Part shown: in pieces, positions 15,046 to 28,522 of the stretch
How positions within the stretch are numbered: the stretch's first letter is position 1
Layout of the letters: each line of letters opens with the position of its first letter
Assembly (NCBI GenBank): GCA_964016885.1
Contig: OZ024747.1
Span: 13,020,001-13,084,000 of the forward strand
DNA: 64,000 bases
Direction of reading: 5' to 3'
Origin: Eledone cirrhosa
Taxonomy: Eukaryota
The notes under the pieces: model-generated
Database searches by the model: none
Seen by the model: only the letters and a program-made list of their open reading frames with translations
Told to the model about the DNA's origin: nothing
Made by a program: the position numbers and the translations under genes

Positions 15046-17326
15046 CATATTCCTTCTGCTTGGTCAAATAGTGACATTCAAGATTATAAACTACAGCCAA
15101 ATATTTACTAATAGGAAATAAACTTTTCATTGAGTTCTATAAAAAAAAATATTTATTTGTAAATAAACCTTATGAATTACTGAAACATTGAGAGTGTTTG
15201 AAATTTGAAAATGTGAGAGTCCCATATGCAGAAAATAACTGTAATAACAGTCAGTCACTATTATCTAGAGTGAGCGACTGCTACTATAGTTATTTTCTGT
15301 GTTTGAGATAAATTTCTCACATTTTCAAATTTATTTGTATTTTTTCTATATAAAAAAAAGAACTATTGCTTGTATTTCATTTTATTTTTTTAATACTAGC
15401 CATTGAAGAAGGAGCTATTTTTATACACTTCACAATATTGATTTACAATTTTTATTAAAGGTAGGGAAATAAGGCATTAAATGCTACATATTTCCAGCTC
15501 TGACTATATTACCTTCAATTCCTACATGTTCCAGCTCATGATATGAAACTGCCTGAAACCATCCTTGATTCTATGTCACAAAACTGTTTGTTTTAAAGTG
15601 TTTATTAGCGTCATTATTGTTTAATGTCTGCTTTTTATAATTTATATGTAAGAACCTTTGTTAACTTATGTTCCAAACATGAGCTTAATAATTGTTTCTA
15701 CTTTTGGCACAAGGCCAGCAATTACCCAGTACATTACTGGTACTTTATTTTATCGACCTCGTAAGGATGAAAGGCAAAGTTAACATCGGTGGGATTTGAA
15801 CTCAGATCGTAAAGGGACGTAACTATGCTGGAAAGCATGTCTGACCCTCTACCGATACAGCCAATTCACTGTCCTCATGAGCTTAATAATTGTTTCTACT
15901 TTTGGCACAAGGCCAGCAATTACCCAGTGCATTACATTTATATTACTATAAATCTCTCTAAATTCTTTATAATTTTGAAAATTATATGAAATCCACAGGC
16001 AGTATCTTTCATTAGAAATATCACAAATAAAAGGTTAATGTCACAAGACTAGCATTTTTTCTAACAGAAATTTCTTTATACCTTATGCAATGTTGAAAGC
16101 AAGTTATATCAACTTACTCTTTTGGCATTAAGGATTAGCCCATGGGATTTTAGAAAATTTTATCAGCTGGCAGTTTGAATGCAGGTGCAATTTCACATGT
16201 GGGTAAAGATTTTCCTACTCCTGGCTCAGAGGCTATTTTACTGTTTGTTGTTTAATCCAGGAACAATGGAATTTGCCAGTATATGGCAGCTGTGTGTTTC
16301 TGATGACATACAAATAAACATCTATCTGGAAATAACTATATCACTGTAAATAACAGTTGAGAAAATTGGGAAAATTATTCTTAGAAAAGGAAAAAAATGG
16401 ACAGAAGTGTTTACATCCATTTTTTTTAATCCCTAAAGGTAATTTACCCAATTTTCTCAATTATTATTTATAGTGATTGACTGTTATTATAGTTATTTTC
16501 TACGTTTAGGACTCCCACAATTTCAACTTTCATAAGGTTTAAACACTATCTATTATTTTGATGCAATTTGATATTTTACAAAGTTGAAAATATGATCCCA
16601 GTAAATTAGTTGACCTATAAATCCAGCATCAAGTTGAAATAGCTACTCCTATGTAAATAGTTCAAATGTACCAAATAACATTAACAAATAAGAAAAATAT
16701 GAAAGTAAAATTCAATATATAAATATTGATTCAAAAATATTTCAAGTAATATTCTAATCACGAGATAAATATAAGAATGTCATGCTTTTCTTTATATATA
16801 AAAAAAAATAAATTTTTTTTGTGAATTTCATATCGGGATTTCTTTTGAAAATTTTAAGACATGAATCAATATTACAAGTGCACCAGATATATAGCTCAGA
16901 ACAATATGAAGAGCTTAACATTAAAGACTATGGACTGAAATGATGATTCACTGGATGGTTAAGTTCTATTATCCAAATGACCTAGCTATTGTGACAGTTC
17001 TAAAAAAAAAAAAAAATAAGAACAAAAAACAAAAAGACATTGCTGAAGTATAAGAAATTTTATTTATTTTTTATTACTTATTATTATTGATATTACATTA
17101 AGCTTTTTATATTTTTGGGATTTTGTTTTTACTGGTTTTATTAATTTGACTGAAGCTATGCTGGAGGTGGAGAGGCATCATCTTCAAAGGGTTTTAGTTT
17201 ATTCTAGCGAGTCTTGTGCTTATTTTATTGATTCATCAGTATTCATCATATGGCTTGGTTACCTTTTAACATAAAGAGTAGCAACTCAATGCATTGTTTT
17301 ACACCAGTATACACAAGCATAGGCGT

Positions 17327-17475
<149 letters not shown>

Positions 17476-20400
17476 TGCGCACATACATATACTGCATTAT
17501 CTAATGTGTCTTTTATTTAAAAGAAATAATATTGTGTGACTTGTTAGCTACTATATTTAATTTTTGTCCCAGATGAGCTTTGAAGCCGACACCCATACAT
17601 AATGGGTTCCAATAATAATTTTATGTAGTTTACATTACTTTATATTTACTATAATATTTTTGTGGTAAAGGCTTTACTTCACATAATTATCTTACATAAT
17701 ATAGAAGCTATGAGATTTTGATATTATTTATTTTGAGAACAATACCTTAACATCAGTATGAGCAGCCAATTACAGCCAGTTTGAAGTGAAAGAGGTGAGA
17801 GAATTCTGGCTGGATATGACCGCTTAAATGCTAAAGGGTTAAATAGTGTGTATTTATAGGCCAAAATTAATATATTTTTTTACTTTATACACAAATCAGG
17901 CTAAAATATTTTATTTGCTTTAAAGAGGTCTGTGGAAAAATAAAAAAAAACGTTTTTGAGTCACTACTTTAGTGAATGTATATCTTGTGAACATTTTATA
18001 ATAGAAGATACTGTGTCTCATGCTGTTTTCATGATAAATACCTTGAAGTTGGAGTAGATATCTTCCTTTACTATCAACAAGTTTATTTATTTAATATATC
18101 TTACATACCTGGTGCGTATTTTATCAATCTAGAACAAATAAAAGAGCGAGTTGACATTAAAGGATATATTTCTAAAAATTATAAAATCTATACTGTAAAA
18201 ACTCACTGAAGAATTGTATTGTAGGAAGTAACACCTTGTGGATAAATGCTGTAAGATTGGTAAATACAACTACAGAACTAACTAATATATAGCAGTTTGA
18301 AAACAACGACAAATAGAAAAAAAAGCATATCAAATTGATAAGATACAATGATGATGATGATGGTTATGGTGGGGAGGGGGGTAGGCATGAAAACTATATT
18401 ATGTTACTTATCATTATGCACAAATCTAGGTCATTGGCTTGATAAGTGAAATTTTTATAACGTTTCTGTTGTTTTATATATCTAATATAGATATATAAAG
18501 GGAAATATTAAGCATGTATCTTGTTACCTTCAAAGTCATATTCACAAGGACAATCGTTTGTTTTTAAAATTAATCTGGTAAGTAATTATAGTTTTATCTT
18601 CATTAGATAGTAGTAATAGTAAGGTATAAATTCATTTTAGGGAACTTATGTTTAAGAGTATTTCTTTCTCGATTGGTATATATTTGTGTCTTTTACATTT
18701 CCTGATATATTTCCTCAGAGCTCATGTGTTATGTTGTATCTAAATAAATCTTCACAGTAAATTTTATTATGCTAGATTAGATGTAAAAATATTTTTATTG
18801 AATTAGTAATATAATAATAATGATTTACAATATACGCAAAAAGTCAGCAATTTTTTGGGAAGAAAAAGTCGATTATATTAACCCCAACACTTAACTGGTA
18901 CATTATTTTATCAACCTCAGCGAGATTTGAAATCACATTGTAGAAAGTTGTAAGTAAATACGACAAAGCATTTTGTCTGGCACCTTTAATGATTCTGCCA
19001 ACCCTTCACTCTAATAACAAACACAACAACAATAATAACAAAAAAAAAAAAAAATCTTTCTTAATAAGGAAAAGTGTGTTGGATTAGCAGTCGGTAGAGT
19101 GTCAGATAATATGCATTGCTGCACGTAGTTAACTTTGCCTTTAATCCTTATGGAGTTGATAAAATTAAGTACCCGTAATGCACTGGGGTCCATTTAATTG
19201 ACTTCCCCCCCTTCCCTTGAGGTTGCTGGTGTTGTGCCAAATATAGAAATAATGTTAAATAATGATATTCAAACTATGATTATTGTCAAAATATGACTGA
19301 AATTTTATGAAACTTTATGCCGTGAATGCAAGATGAATACTACTGATAAATACCTAAAAGCTGGAGTGGATATCTTTGGTTATTGTCAGCAATTTTATTA
19401 CTTATTTAAAATATGCCTGGTACTTATTCTAACATTCCTGGTTCTTATTCTAATGAAAGAGCAAGCTGGCCTTAAAAGGACATATTTCTGAAAACTAAAA
19501 TCTCTACTGTAAAAAATTACCATAAAATTGAATTGAGTTCTCCTGAACAGTAATGTTATTTTTTATTATTAAAATATTAAGAAAATAATTAATGATTAAA
19601 AAGAAAAACAAGAACAATTAATTTCCATTTTCTCTGTTCATATTTAAAATACTTCTTTTCATTTATTAAAATACAAATTTTTAACAAATTTTATATTTGT
19701 ATTTACAATATTTGCCAATACTGTTGAATCAAGAACTTTCTAATGCCCCCAAACATTGATGGCATGAATCTAAAGTAATTCAATTTGCAACATTGTTATC
19801 ATAAGAATAATCCCTTAATGCTTGTTTGCTTGCATTGATTGCATTTTTGCAGCATAAAAATGAATTCAAGTCTATTATAAAAGATGTGTAAATGAGTGAA
19901 TGTGTGTGAGTGAGTGCTGGAAATTAGTTTTAAAAAATCAACATAAAAAATTAAATAAAATGGGTAAAAATAAATTACACAATTTTCAGGTCACAATCAT
20001 AATCTAACAAAAACTCATTTTAATTTGAGAAAAAAACTTAATCAATCAAAGGAAATTAGCTGTTGATTTTCTAAAATGTATTAAGATAATTTTTTCTTGA
20101 TAAATCATTTGTCCTTAAGATTGAAATCTTTTTATATTTATTTTCTTGTTTAACCAGGCATAACTTATTTTGAATTCTAATATTTTTTCAATACTTCCCT
20201 CTAAATATGAAGTAATAAATGAATTTAAAAAAATTATTTAATGTGAACGTTTCATAAAAAGGAAAAGTTAATTTGATCTGTTAGGTTTTAGGCATCTAGT
20301 TCACTATAAAAATATATTTTCCTTTGTTGTCAACTTCAATCCACAATAAATTCTTGTATTACACACATATATACATATATACATACATACCTAGCCCCCA

Positions 20401-23149
20401 GACACATGTACATGTGTATGAATGTATGTATGTACTTTGCGCATACTTCCATGTGTGTGTTTGTTTCTGTGTATATAGAAATTAGTAACAAATTGATACC
20501 TTTAAATCCAGCTCATAGAAAATTTTGTGTAGACTTTTTACCATGTTTAATGTTTTATTTCTCTAGATGTGATGTAACAGTTTTTTCAAGTTGGTGGGAA
20601 AATTGATGATTTAAGGTTATAAGTGATCAATAAGTGTAGCTAAGAAACAACTTTAATTTATAGAAATTGTATGTATTTGCTGGCATTTCCATTCCAAAAT
20701 AACAAGGAGTAACTGGAATTGATCAAAGTAAAGAGGACATTCCATCCAAATGGACTATCCATTTCCAACAAAAGACAGTTGTCAATCAATATTTTCAAGT
20801 GTAAAATGAATAATCTACTCACCAGCTGCCAAATGTGATTTATTTATAAATTTATCACCAAATTTATGAGTACTATCAACTAGAGAGGCTTACTGGAAAA
20901 ATAATAACAGGAATAATAAATGATAGCAGAAAAGTTTTATTTCCATAGAAAATACAATAAGGAATGTTAAGAGAAATTTTACCAGGATTTTACAGTTCCA
21001 TATTGCAGTTTGAAGATCTTTATAATCATGATTAATGTCAGAATGAATAATCTGAATGTAAACAAACCATATATTTGTAATATAGTGTGACTAAAGCCAT
21101 TACTGAGTTCTGCAATAGTTGAAAATCTACAGAATGACCTGAAATAATCTAGGAGAGTCCAGATAGTTCCATAATCATATAAGGTGTATAAGGTGTTCAT
21201 AATTTATTGTTAAAAGGCAGTGAAATAGCAGAACCATTAGAATGCTTTGTGGTATTTGTTTTGGCTCTCTTCTGAGTTCAAATCCCACTGAAGTCAACTT
21301 TGCCTTTCATCCATTTGGGATTGAAAAAAAGTACCAGTCAAGTACTGGGGTCAATTCTTCCTCTATATTTCTTTCTCACTTCCATTCTCTTACTCCCTAT
21401 CCTTCTCTGGAAGAAATATGGTGCGTTTAGACCGGGAGAGGATTGGGCTCTGCCAGGTTTAAAAAGAAAAATACCCTAAAATGCCATATATCAATATAGC
21501 ATCCCTACGACGCCCTCAGGAGTTCAACCCCCCCCTGAGGTTAGCTTTGTCTTTCCTCCTTATGGGGTCGATTTAATTGACTCCCCCGCGACCAAAAAAA
21601 AAAAAAAAAAAAAAAAAAAATGTTGGTCTTGTGCCTAAATTAGAAACGATTATTAAGAGAGTGAAGAGTGGTGGTTTCGCAGAATTGTTATAGTGTCAAA
21701 CAAAATGATTTTTGGTATTTGTTCTGCTTTTTTACATTCTGAGTTCAAATCTTGCAGGAGTCAAATTTGTTTTTCATCCTGCTGGGGGTCGATAAAATAT
21801 AGTATTAATCAAGTGCTGAGATCAATATAATCAACTTTTCCCTTTCCGAAAATTGTTGGCCTTGTGCCAAAATTAGAAATCATTAATCAGAAAGTGTTGG
21901 GGAGTTATGCTTAATTAAGTAGAAGTGAAACAAATTGAACCTAAATTTGAATCTATGTTCAATCAATGTCTGAAGCCTAAAACAAGGTGCTTAGCAAAGG
22001 AGACTATATTCAATATGGCTAGCCTAACTAATATGGATATCTTTAGTCAATATCAAGAAATATATATATATTTGATAGAAGGGAATTGATAGAAATTTAG
22101 ATTAATGTAGGAAGTGTAATAAGACATATGAGAGTAAATTGTATCTTAATTGCAAAATTAATTTGGTAATTATGTCTGAAGCAGATTAGGAAAGATCAGA
22201 AGGAAACTATAATTTACAGAAAAAAAACAAAACAAACTGTCTATATTAAATATTTGAACTATATACTGTTACTATATAGACATGTCTAATGGGTAGCAAA
22301 CAGCTGTAAAAATGTTTAATAAATTGTCCTCTTATTTCATCATTTCTAATTTATGCTGCAAAATTGTGTGTTTGTATATGTATTAAGGCTAAATTTAATT
22401 ATTAACATTTTTAAAGATTGTATTCCTAAATTATATTGCTTTTTCTTTATTAACATATTGATTAATGGGACCAACAATTTGTCTTCAGATATCTTTATAT
22501 TCTTTTACTAGTTGATGGGCTGTGGCTATGTTAGTACCACTATCAATATGTCTTAAATTTGAATACTCTGTTGTTGATGATGATGATGTTGAGGAGTAAA
22601 CTCATTAAGCATTGATCACATGGTAGAAATCACAAAGCCTTTACAGTAGGCTATGGATGACTGAGTCTTCAATAAATTATCTTAATAGTTATATAATCAT
22701 TGAGAAATTACATTAATGGGAAACCTAGAAGGCTAAAAAAAGCTGATACAAATGTTTCTGAATGTAGGTGGGTGGATGTTGGCAATGCTGTGCTTCAAAT
22801 GACTTTTAAGTCACAAGAGATATCTCAGTTAAGTTAACAATCCTAGAGAATTGAAATTTGAATGGCTTGAAAGATAAATTAAATTTGAAAGAACCAAGAT
22901 TACTGAATTAAGGTTAAAATTGACTGAAAAAGTATTAATGAATGAAAGAGATCTGTTAGTGAAAAGAAAAAGTCTGCCATCTTTTAGGGTTTGTAACAAT
23001 TTAGAAATCTGAATGTAAATACAATGGTCCTTTTAATGTCTTAAGAAAAGTTGCACAATGATATATTCTATATTAAGAAGCACTAAAACCAATTTAGACT
23101 AAATGCATGATAATAATGTTTTTTTAGACATGAGTTAACAAACCTAGCA

Positions 23150-23523
23150 GATCATCATCATCATTGTTGCAGTCGTCGTCATCATCATCATCATCATCAT
23201 CACCACCATCATCACCATCACCGCCATCATCATCACCATCACCACCACCATCATCATCATCACCATCACCAACACCACCACCATCATCATCACCATCATC
23301 ATCACCATCATCATCATCACCACCACCACCATCATTACCACCACCATCACCACCACCACCATCACCACCACCATCACCACCACCACCATCACCACCATCA
23401 CCACCACCACCATCACCACCATCATCACCACCACCACCATCATCACCACCATCACCATCACCACCATCACCACCACCATCATCACCACCACCATCATCAT
23501 CATCATCACCACCATCACCACCA
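23150..23523. repeat. (CAT/CAC)n trinucleotide tract
   Basis: Direct reading. Confidence 0.95.
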
Positions 23524-24673
23524 ATTAATGGAAAATAGTTTCCATCTATTGGTCCAATGGGTTATCATGTAGTGAGGTTAGATTGGCCAGGCAACTGTGT
23601 ATAGTCCATACAATGTTTCTGGCTTGGTTTCTATGGCTGAATGTCATTCCTAACCCTAACCCTAACCACATTACATGTACTAGAAGCATCTTATCTGGCA
23701 CTACAACCTTCCAAATCAACAGAAGTGTTTTAAAAGAGTAAAAATGAAATTCAGTATATATTTAAAAAATCTAAAATACTGTTGGATAGACCTTTATTTG
23801 TGAAACAATAAATTTACTAATATATGATAAAAATATTTTAAGGGTCTATTATATTTTAATGCTTGAAAAAGGTAATGGGGAAAACAATTAGTTTAAATAT
23901 ATTTGCACCTATCTTTGTTCAAATATTATAGAATCTATGCAGCAAATATATTTAGTATTTAAGTCTTAGTCCTATCTTGCTAATGAGATACAAGGTTTAA
24001 ATAATTGGTGCCTTTCCATTCATGAGCCTATATTTCATCGCAGGCATTTGGGCAGATAGGTTTAACTATTCCAATAAGAGAAATGAAGAGAACAAGATGA
24101 CCACTAAGCGGTAATAGCCCTAAAAACGTCTTTTCGTATTAGTCACAAATAGCATTAAATGGTTAAAGGAAGCAGTTTTATTTTATCAGTGCTGTGTGCT
24201 GAATTAGTAACTGTTTAAAATATAATCATTCATTTCAAGAAAGAAAACCATTTTAAATAACTGTAATGATAAACTAAGCTAGCCTAATTGTAGCCTCATT
24301 GCGATGATAATTGTCTTCTAAAAGAAACTTAGTGAGATAACCTCTTCTGTTAGGTGATTTGTCAAACAACTTAAACTGTAAATTTACAATAAGCTTCTTT
24401 ATTTCCTTTTTAAGAGTTATACATTTGTTATACATTGGTAACATCTCTCACATCTCCCCCATCTCACCCTTTCTGTTTTATTTATTGACTGTAAAACATA
24501 TTTTAGTAACATCTTTAAAAATGAGTAAAGAAATTAACAAAACGCTGTTCAAAGTAATAATCAATAAATCAATTATTGGTTTTCATCAGTTTTGCCTTTC
24601 CTTTCTGCCTGTTAATTCTGCCACCCTCTTGAACTAGTTTATTGTACTGATCACTCTCTCTCCCCCGTCTTTA

Positions 24674-24705
<32 letters not shown>

Positions 24706-24714
24706 CATATATAA

Positions 24715-24862
24715 CAGAGTATAAAAGTTTTAATATAGATGAGATTCTACAGGACTAGAACTGTTTCATTCTTTAGAAATCATCAGGAATCTGATGATTT
24801 CTAAAGAATGAAACAGTTCTAGTCCTGTAGAATCTCATCTATATTAAAACTTTTATACTCTG
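24715..24862. repeat. Perfect 72-bp inverted repeat with a 4-nt spacer
   Basis: 24715-24786 is the exact reverse complement of 24791-24862, spacer GAAT. Confidence 0.97.
24742..24792 (-). ncRNA. Type-I hammerhead ribozyme motif, complete fold
   Basis: AGAUUC-CUGAUGA-U[UUC UAAA GAA]U-GAAA-CAG(UUCUAGUC)CUG-UA/GAAUCU. Stem I is 6 bp, stem III is ACAG/CUGU, and the cleavage triplet is GUA. Confidence 0.75.
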
Positions 24863-24944
24863 CAATGTATTGAGTACCTTACTTACTGTGGTTACCTCCG
24901 ATTCAACCCGGAATAACGTACTATATACATATATATATATATAC

Positions 24945-25119
<175 letters not shown>

Positions 25120-25597
25120 CTTTCACTACCTGATATCACACGTCACTTGTGTTTTTAATTCCAGATATATTCCGTTGTCCCTCAGCCGCTTTTATGTATG
25201 TTTACTTGCGTATATTTTGTACCCATTTATTCATACGGCTGTTTTTTTATGTATGTATGTATGCGTATGTGCGCATATATATGTATACGTGTTCGTATAT
25301 GTATACGAACGCATTCGTATGTGTAAATGTGTGTGTGTGTATGTGTGTGTTTACGTATACGTGTTTTTTATATGAATGTATATATATATATTGTTATACT
25401 TGGGGAGGGTCATATTTGTGTAATATTGCCAGAATTAATAACAGAACACACTCACTGTTTGGTTGGTTTTCGCTTCTCGCTTCTGTGTCTTTTATATCGG
25501 TAATCTAACTTACTCGGTCCTCAATGTTGCCATTGACTGACCGACGGTCAAAAATAATACAGATACAATATAGACACAAACACATATATATATAGTT

Positions 25598-25641
25598 TAT
25601 CATAAATCTTTCGTTGCACATCTGCAACATCGTCAGTGGTG
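25598..25641 (-). ncRNA. Decayed minimal hammerhead motif
   Basis: CACCA-CUGACGA-U[GUUGCA GAUG UGCAAC]-GAAA-GAUU-UA/UGAUA. Perfect 6-bp stem II, two mismatches in stem I. Confidence 0.55.
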
Positions 25642-25735
25642 CTATCTTTTCCTCCTGTTGTATTGTATATATACTTATATATATATATATATATATATGG
25701 TCGCATGTGTGCGTGTGATTAGATGTGCATGTATG

Positions 25736-27920
25736 TCATCATCATCATCATCATCATCACCGTTTTACGTCCGTTCTTCCATGCTAGCATGGGTTAGACG
25801 GGTTGTGCTGTTGTGGACAGTGTCTGGTTGGCTGACCATGCCTTGCTCATACAGGAACTGATTTGGGCTTGATTTCTACAGCTGGATGCCCTTCCTAACA
25901 CCAACCTCATTTACAGTGAGTGCTGGGTGCTTTTTTTCCATGGCACCTCCACGACCACTTTGCAGTGGGAGGGTGTGGGGGCATATTGTCTATATGCTTC
26001 AGCTTGTACCCATGGGAGGTCAGGTACTCTGTATTACTGCGTGACGCCAGAGGTCACGGTCATGTGTCATCTCCTTTGAGAGGTGTAATTGGGTAAGGTC
26101 GGCTTTTATCACCTCATCCCAGGTCATCTTGGGTCTCCCCACTCCGCAGTTTCTATTGACTTCTAGTGCTCTGCACCTTTTATGCAACTGTCATCCTTCA
26201 TACGCATCGCATGTCCATACCACCGCAACCTCCTCTCATGCACACAGCATTTGATTCCTCTTATGCTCAGTCTCTCTCTCAATTCATTTATGCTTTGCCG
26301 TTCGTGTATATTACTATTACACATCCATCGGAGCATGCAGGCTTCGTTTCTTTCTAATCTACGTAAGTCTTCCACCTTCAGCGCCCAGGTCTCACTACCA
26401 TGTAACATTGCTGTTCGTATACACGCATCATACAGTCTGCCTTTCATTTTGAGGGAAAATCCTTTTGCAGCTAGCAGTGGCAGTAGTTCCCTGAACTTCT
26501 TCCATCCCGTTCTTAACCTAGTTATTGTACTTTCTGAACACCCACCTCTGCTGCTAATTCGGTCACCTAGATAGTAGAAGCTGTCTACTGTTTCTACAGA
26601 GCCCTCCCAGAGATTGGTGGTACTTGTTTCCTGTGGCTGTTTGCTGCTTGCTGTCCCAGCACAGCTGCTACATGCGAAGCCTACATTCTTAATTAAGCTT
26701 CCTGAGATCCCGCTACATCTCTTGTGTACCCATTGTTTGCATTTGGGGCAGAGAATGGAGTTCCTACCTACACCTTTCCTACATACTGAGCAAGGCCATT
26801 TCCCTGAGGGGATCTGGGTTCTGTTTTCTCATCTACTTACAAGGACCTTAGTCTTTGTCATGTTGACTTTGAGACCCTTTCTTTCTAGTCCCTGCTTCCA
26901 AGTTTGGAATTTCTTCTCTAGTTCTACCATAGATTCTGCATACAGGAGTTCCCATGGGCATCCGGTCTTAAACTCCTCCGTTATTGCCTGCAGGACTATG
27001 ATGAACAGGAGAGGGCTAAGAACAGAGCCCTGGTGGACACCAACCTGTACGCTAAATTCTTCGCTATACTCATTGATAATCCTAACTTTGCTGACTGCTC
27101 CCCTATACATGGCTTGTACAGCTCTAACAAGCCATTGATCTACTCCTAGTTTTCTAAGAGCCCACCAGATTATAGCACGTGGAACTCTGTCAAAGGCTTT
27201 CTCGAGATCGACGAATGCCAGGTAGAGTGGCTTACTTTTAGCTAGGTACTTTTCCTGTAACTGCCTCACAAGGAAGAGGGCATCAGTGGTGCCTCTTCCT
27301 GGTACAAACCCAAATTGCATCTCATTTAGTTTCACCCGGTCCCTAATCAACTGTGCTATAACTCTTTCTGTTACTTTCATGACCTGGTCCATCAGCTTTA
27401 TACCTCTATAGTTTCTTCTATCTAGTGCATCACCTTTACCTTTGTAGCAGTTGACAATGATGCTACTGCACCAATCTTTTGGTATGACACCTTCTAGTAT
27501 TACCTGGTTAACAATACTTGTGGTTATAGTGTGACCTACAGACCCAGATGCCTTCAGCATCTCGGCAGCTATACCCAATGGACCGGTTGCCTTCCCCATC
27601 TTCATATCTTTGATTGCCTTACTTACTACGCTGCTGCTGACTTGTACTGCTGGCCCCTCTATAGGGTCTACTTGGGGTAGGGTCTCTTCTTCCCATGCAT
27701 TCTCCTCATTTAGTAATCTATCATAATGGCTCTTCCATGCATCTTTCTTCTCAGCACTTGTGAGGGCAAGCTCACCTTTATCATTCCGGATACACTTCTC
27801 TCCAATGACTTCACAATTCTCTCTGACACACTGCCTCGCAATCTTGAACACCTCCTGTTTCTGGTCCTCACGTTGCAAAGCATGCTTGAATTTTCTATCC
27901 TCTGCTTCCCTCCTAGCTAA
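25736..27920 (-). mobile_element. 5'-truncated, inactivated RTE-clade LINE (RT, PHD-like finger, C-terminus, 3'UTR, (GAT)n tail)
   Basis: RT motifs NYRGIKL, QFGF.PGRGTTDA, AFVDLEKAFDRVP, GVHQGSVLSPLLF. C-terminus LHGSETW...RRLRWYGH...GRP. Premature TGA at 26829-26831, 1-nt deletion near 26180, YADD motif missing. Confidence 0.95.
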
Positions 27921-28470
27921 GTATATATATATTTATATATATATACTTTTATTTATATATATATTTATATATTTATATATATATTTATATATATATTTAT
28001 ATATATATATATATACATATATATGTTGATTGTAAACTGACATCATGCTGACATGCTGGGTTTATACAGAGAAAAGCTTGGATCAAATTATTTCTTTATA
28101 TCTTGGCAGCAATGGATAAATGTAGTGGGAAAACAAGTAGAAAACAAACAAACAAAAGATCTCTTCCTGTAGCTTAGCTCCAAGATGAAACAGAGTTGAT
28201 AGTAATTTTTATACTGTTTTACATGTGATTATAGACTGACACGAAATAGAGGTTAGAGTCTGTGTGTGTGTGTGTCAAAAGCTTGCTTGCTTTAATGTAA
28301 GAAACCTGGTTGGATATAGAAATTATTTTACATATATTTTACACCTAAGTATTCGGAGAAGTATAGAATATAAGATCGGCTTCAACAAAGGGATGCATGA
28401 CATGAAATGAAGAGTGTGTAGAAAATATATATGTGAAACACAGGCAGCAACAGAAAACACACACACACAC

Positions 28471-28522
<52 letters not shown>

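Noticed and set aside
23144-23538. Extensin-like Pro/Ser or Met/Val ORFs
   Set aside because: Translation of a trinucleotide microsatellite.
23649-23668. Telomeric-like CCCTAA repeats
   Set aside because: Only about 3 units, arising inside the RTE 3'UTR motif CCTTCCTAACACCAACC.
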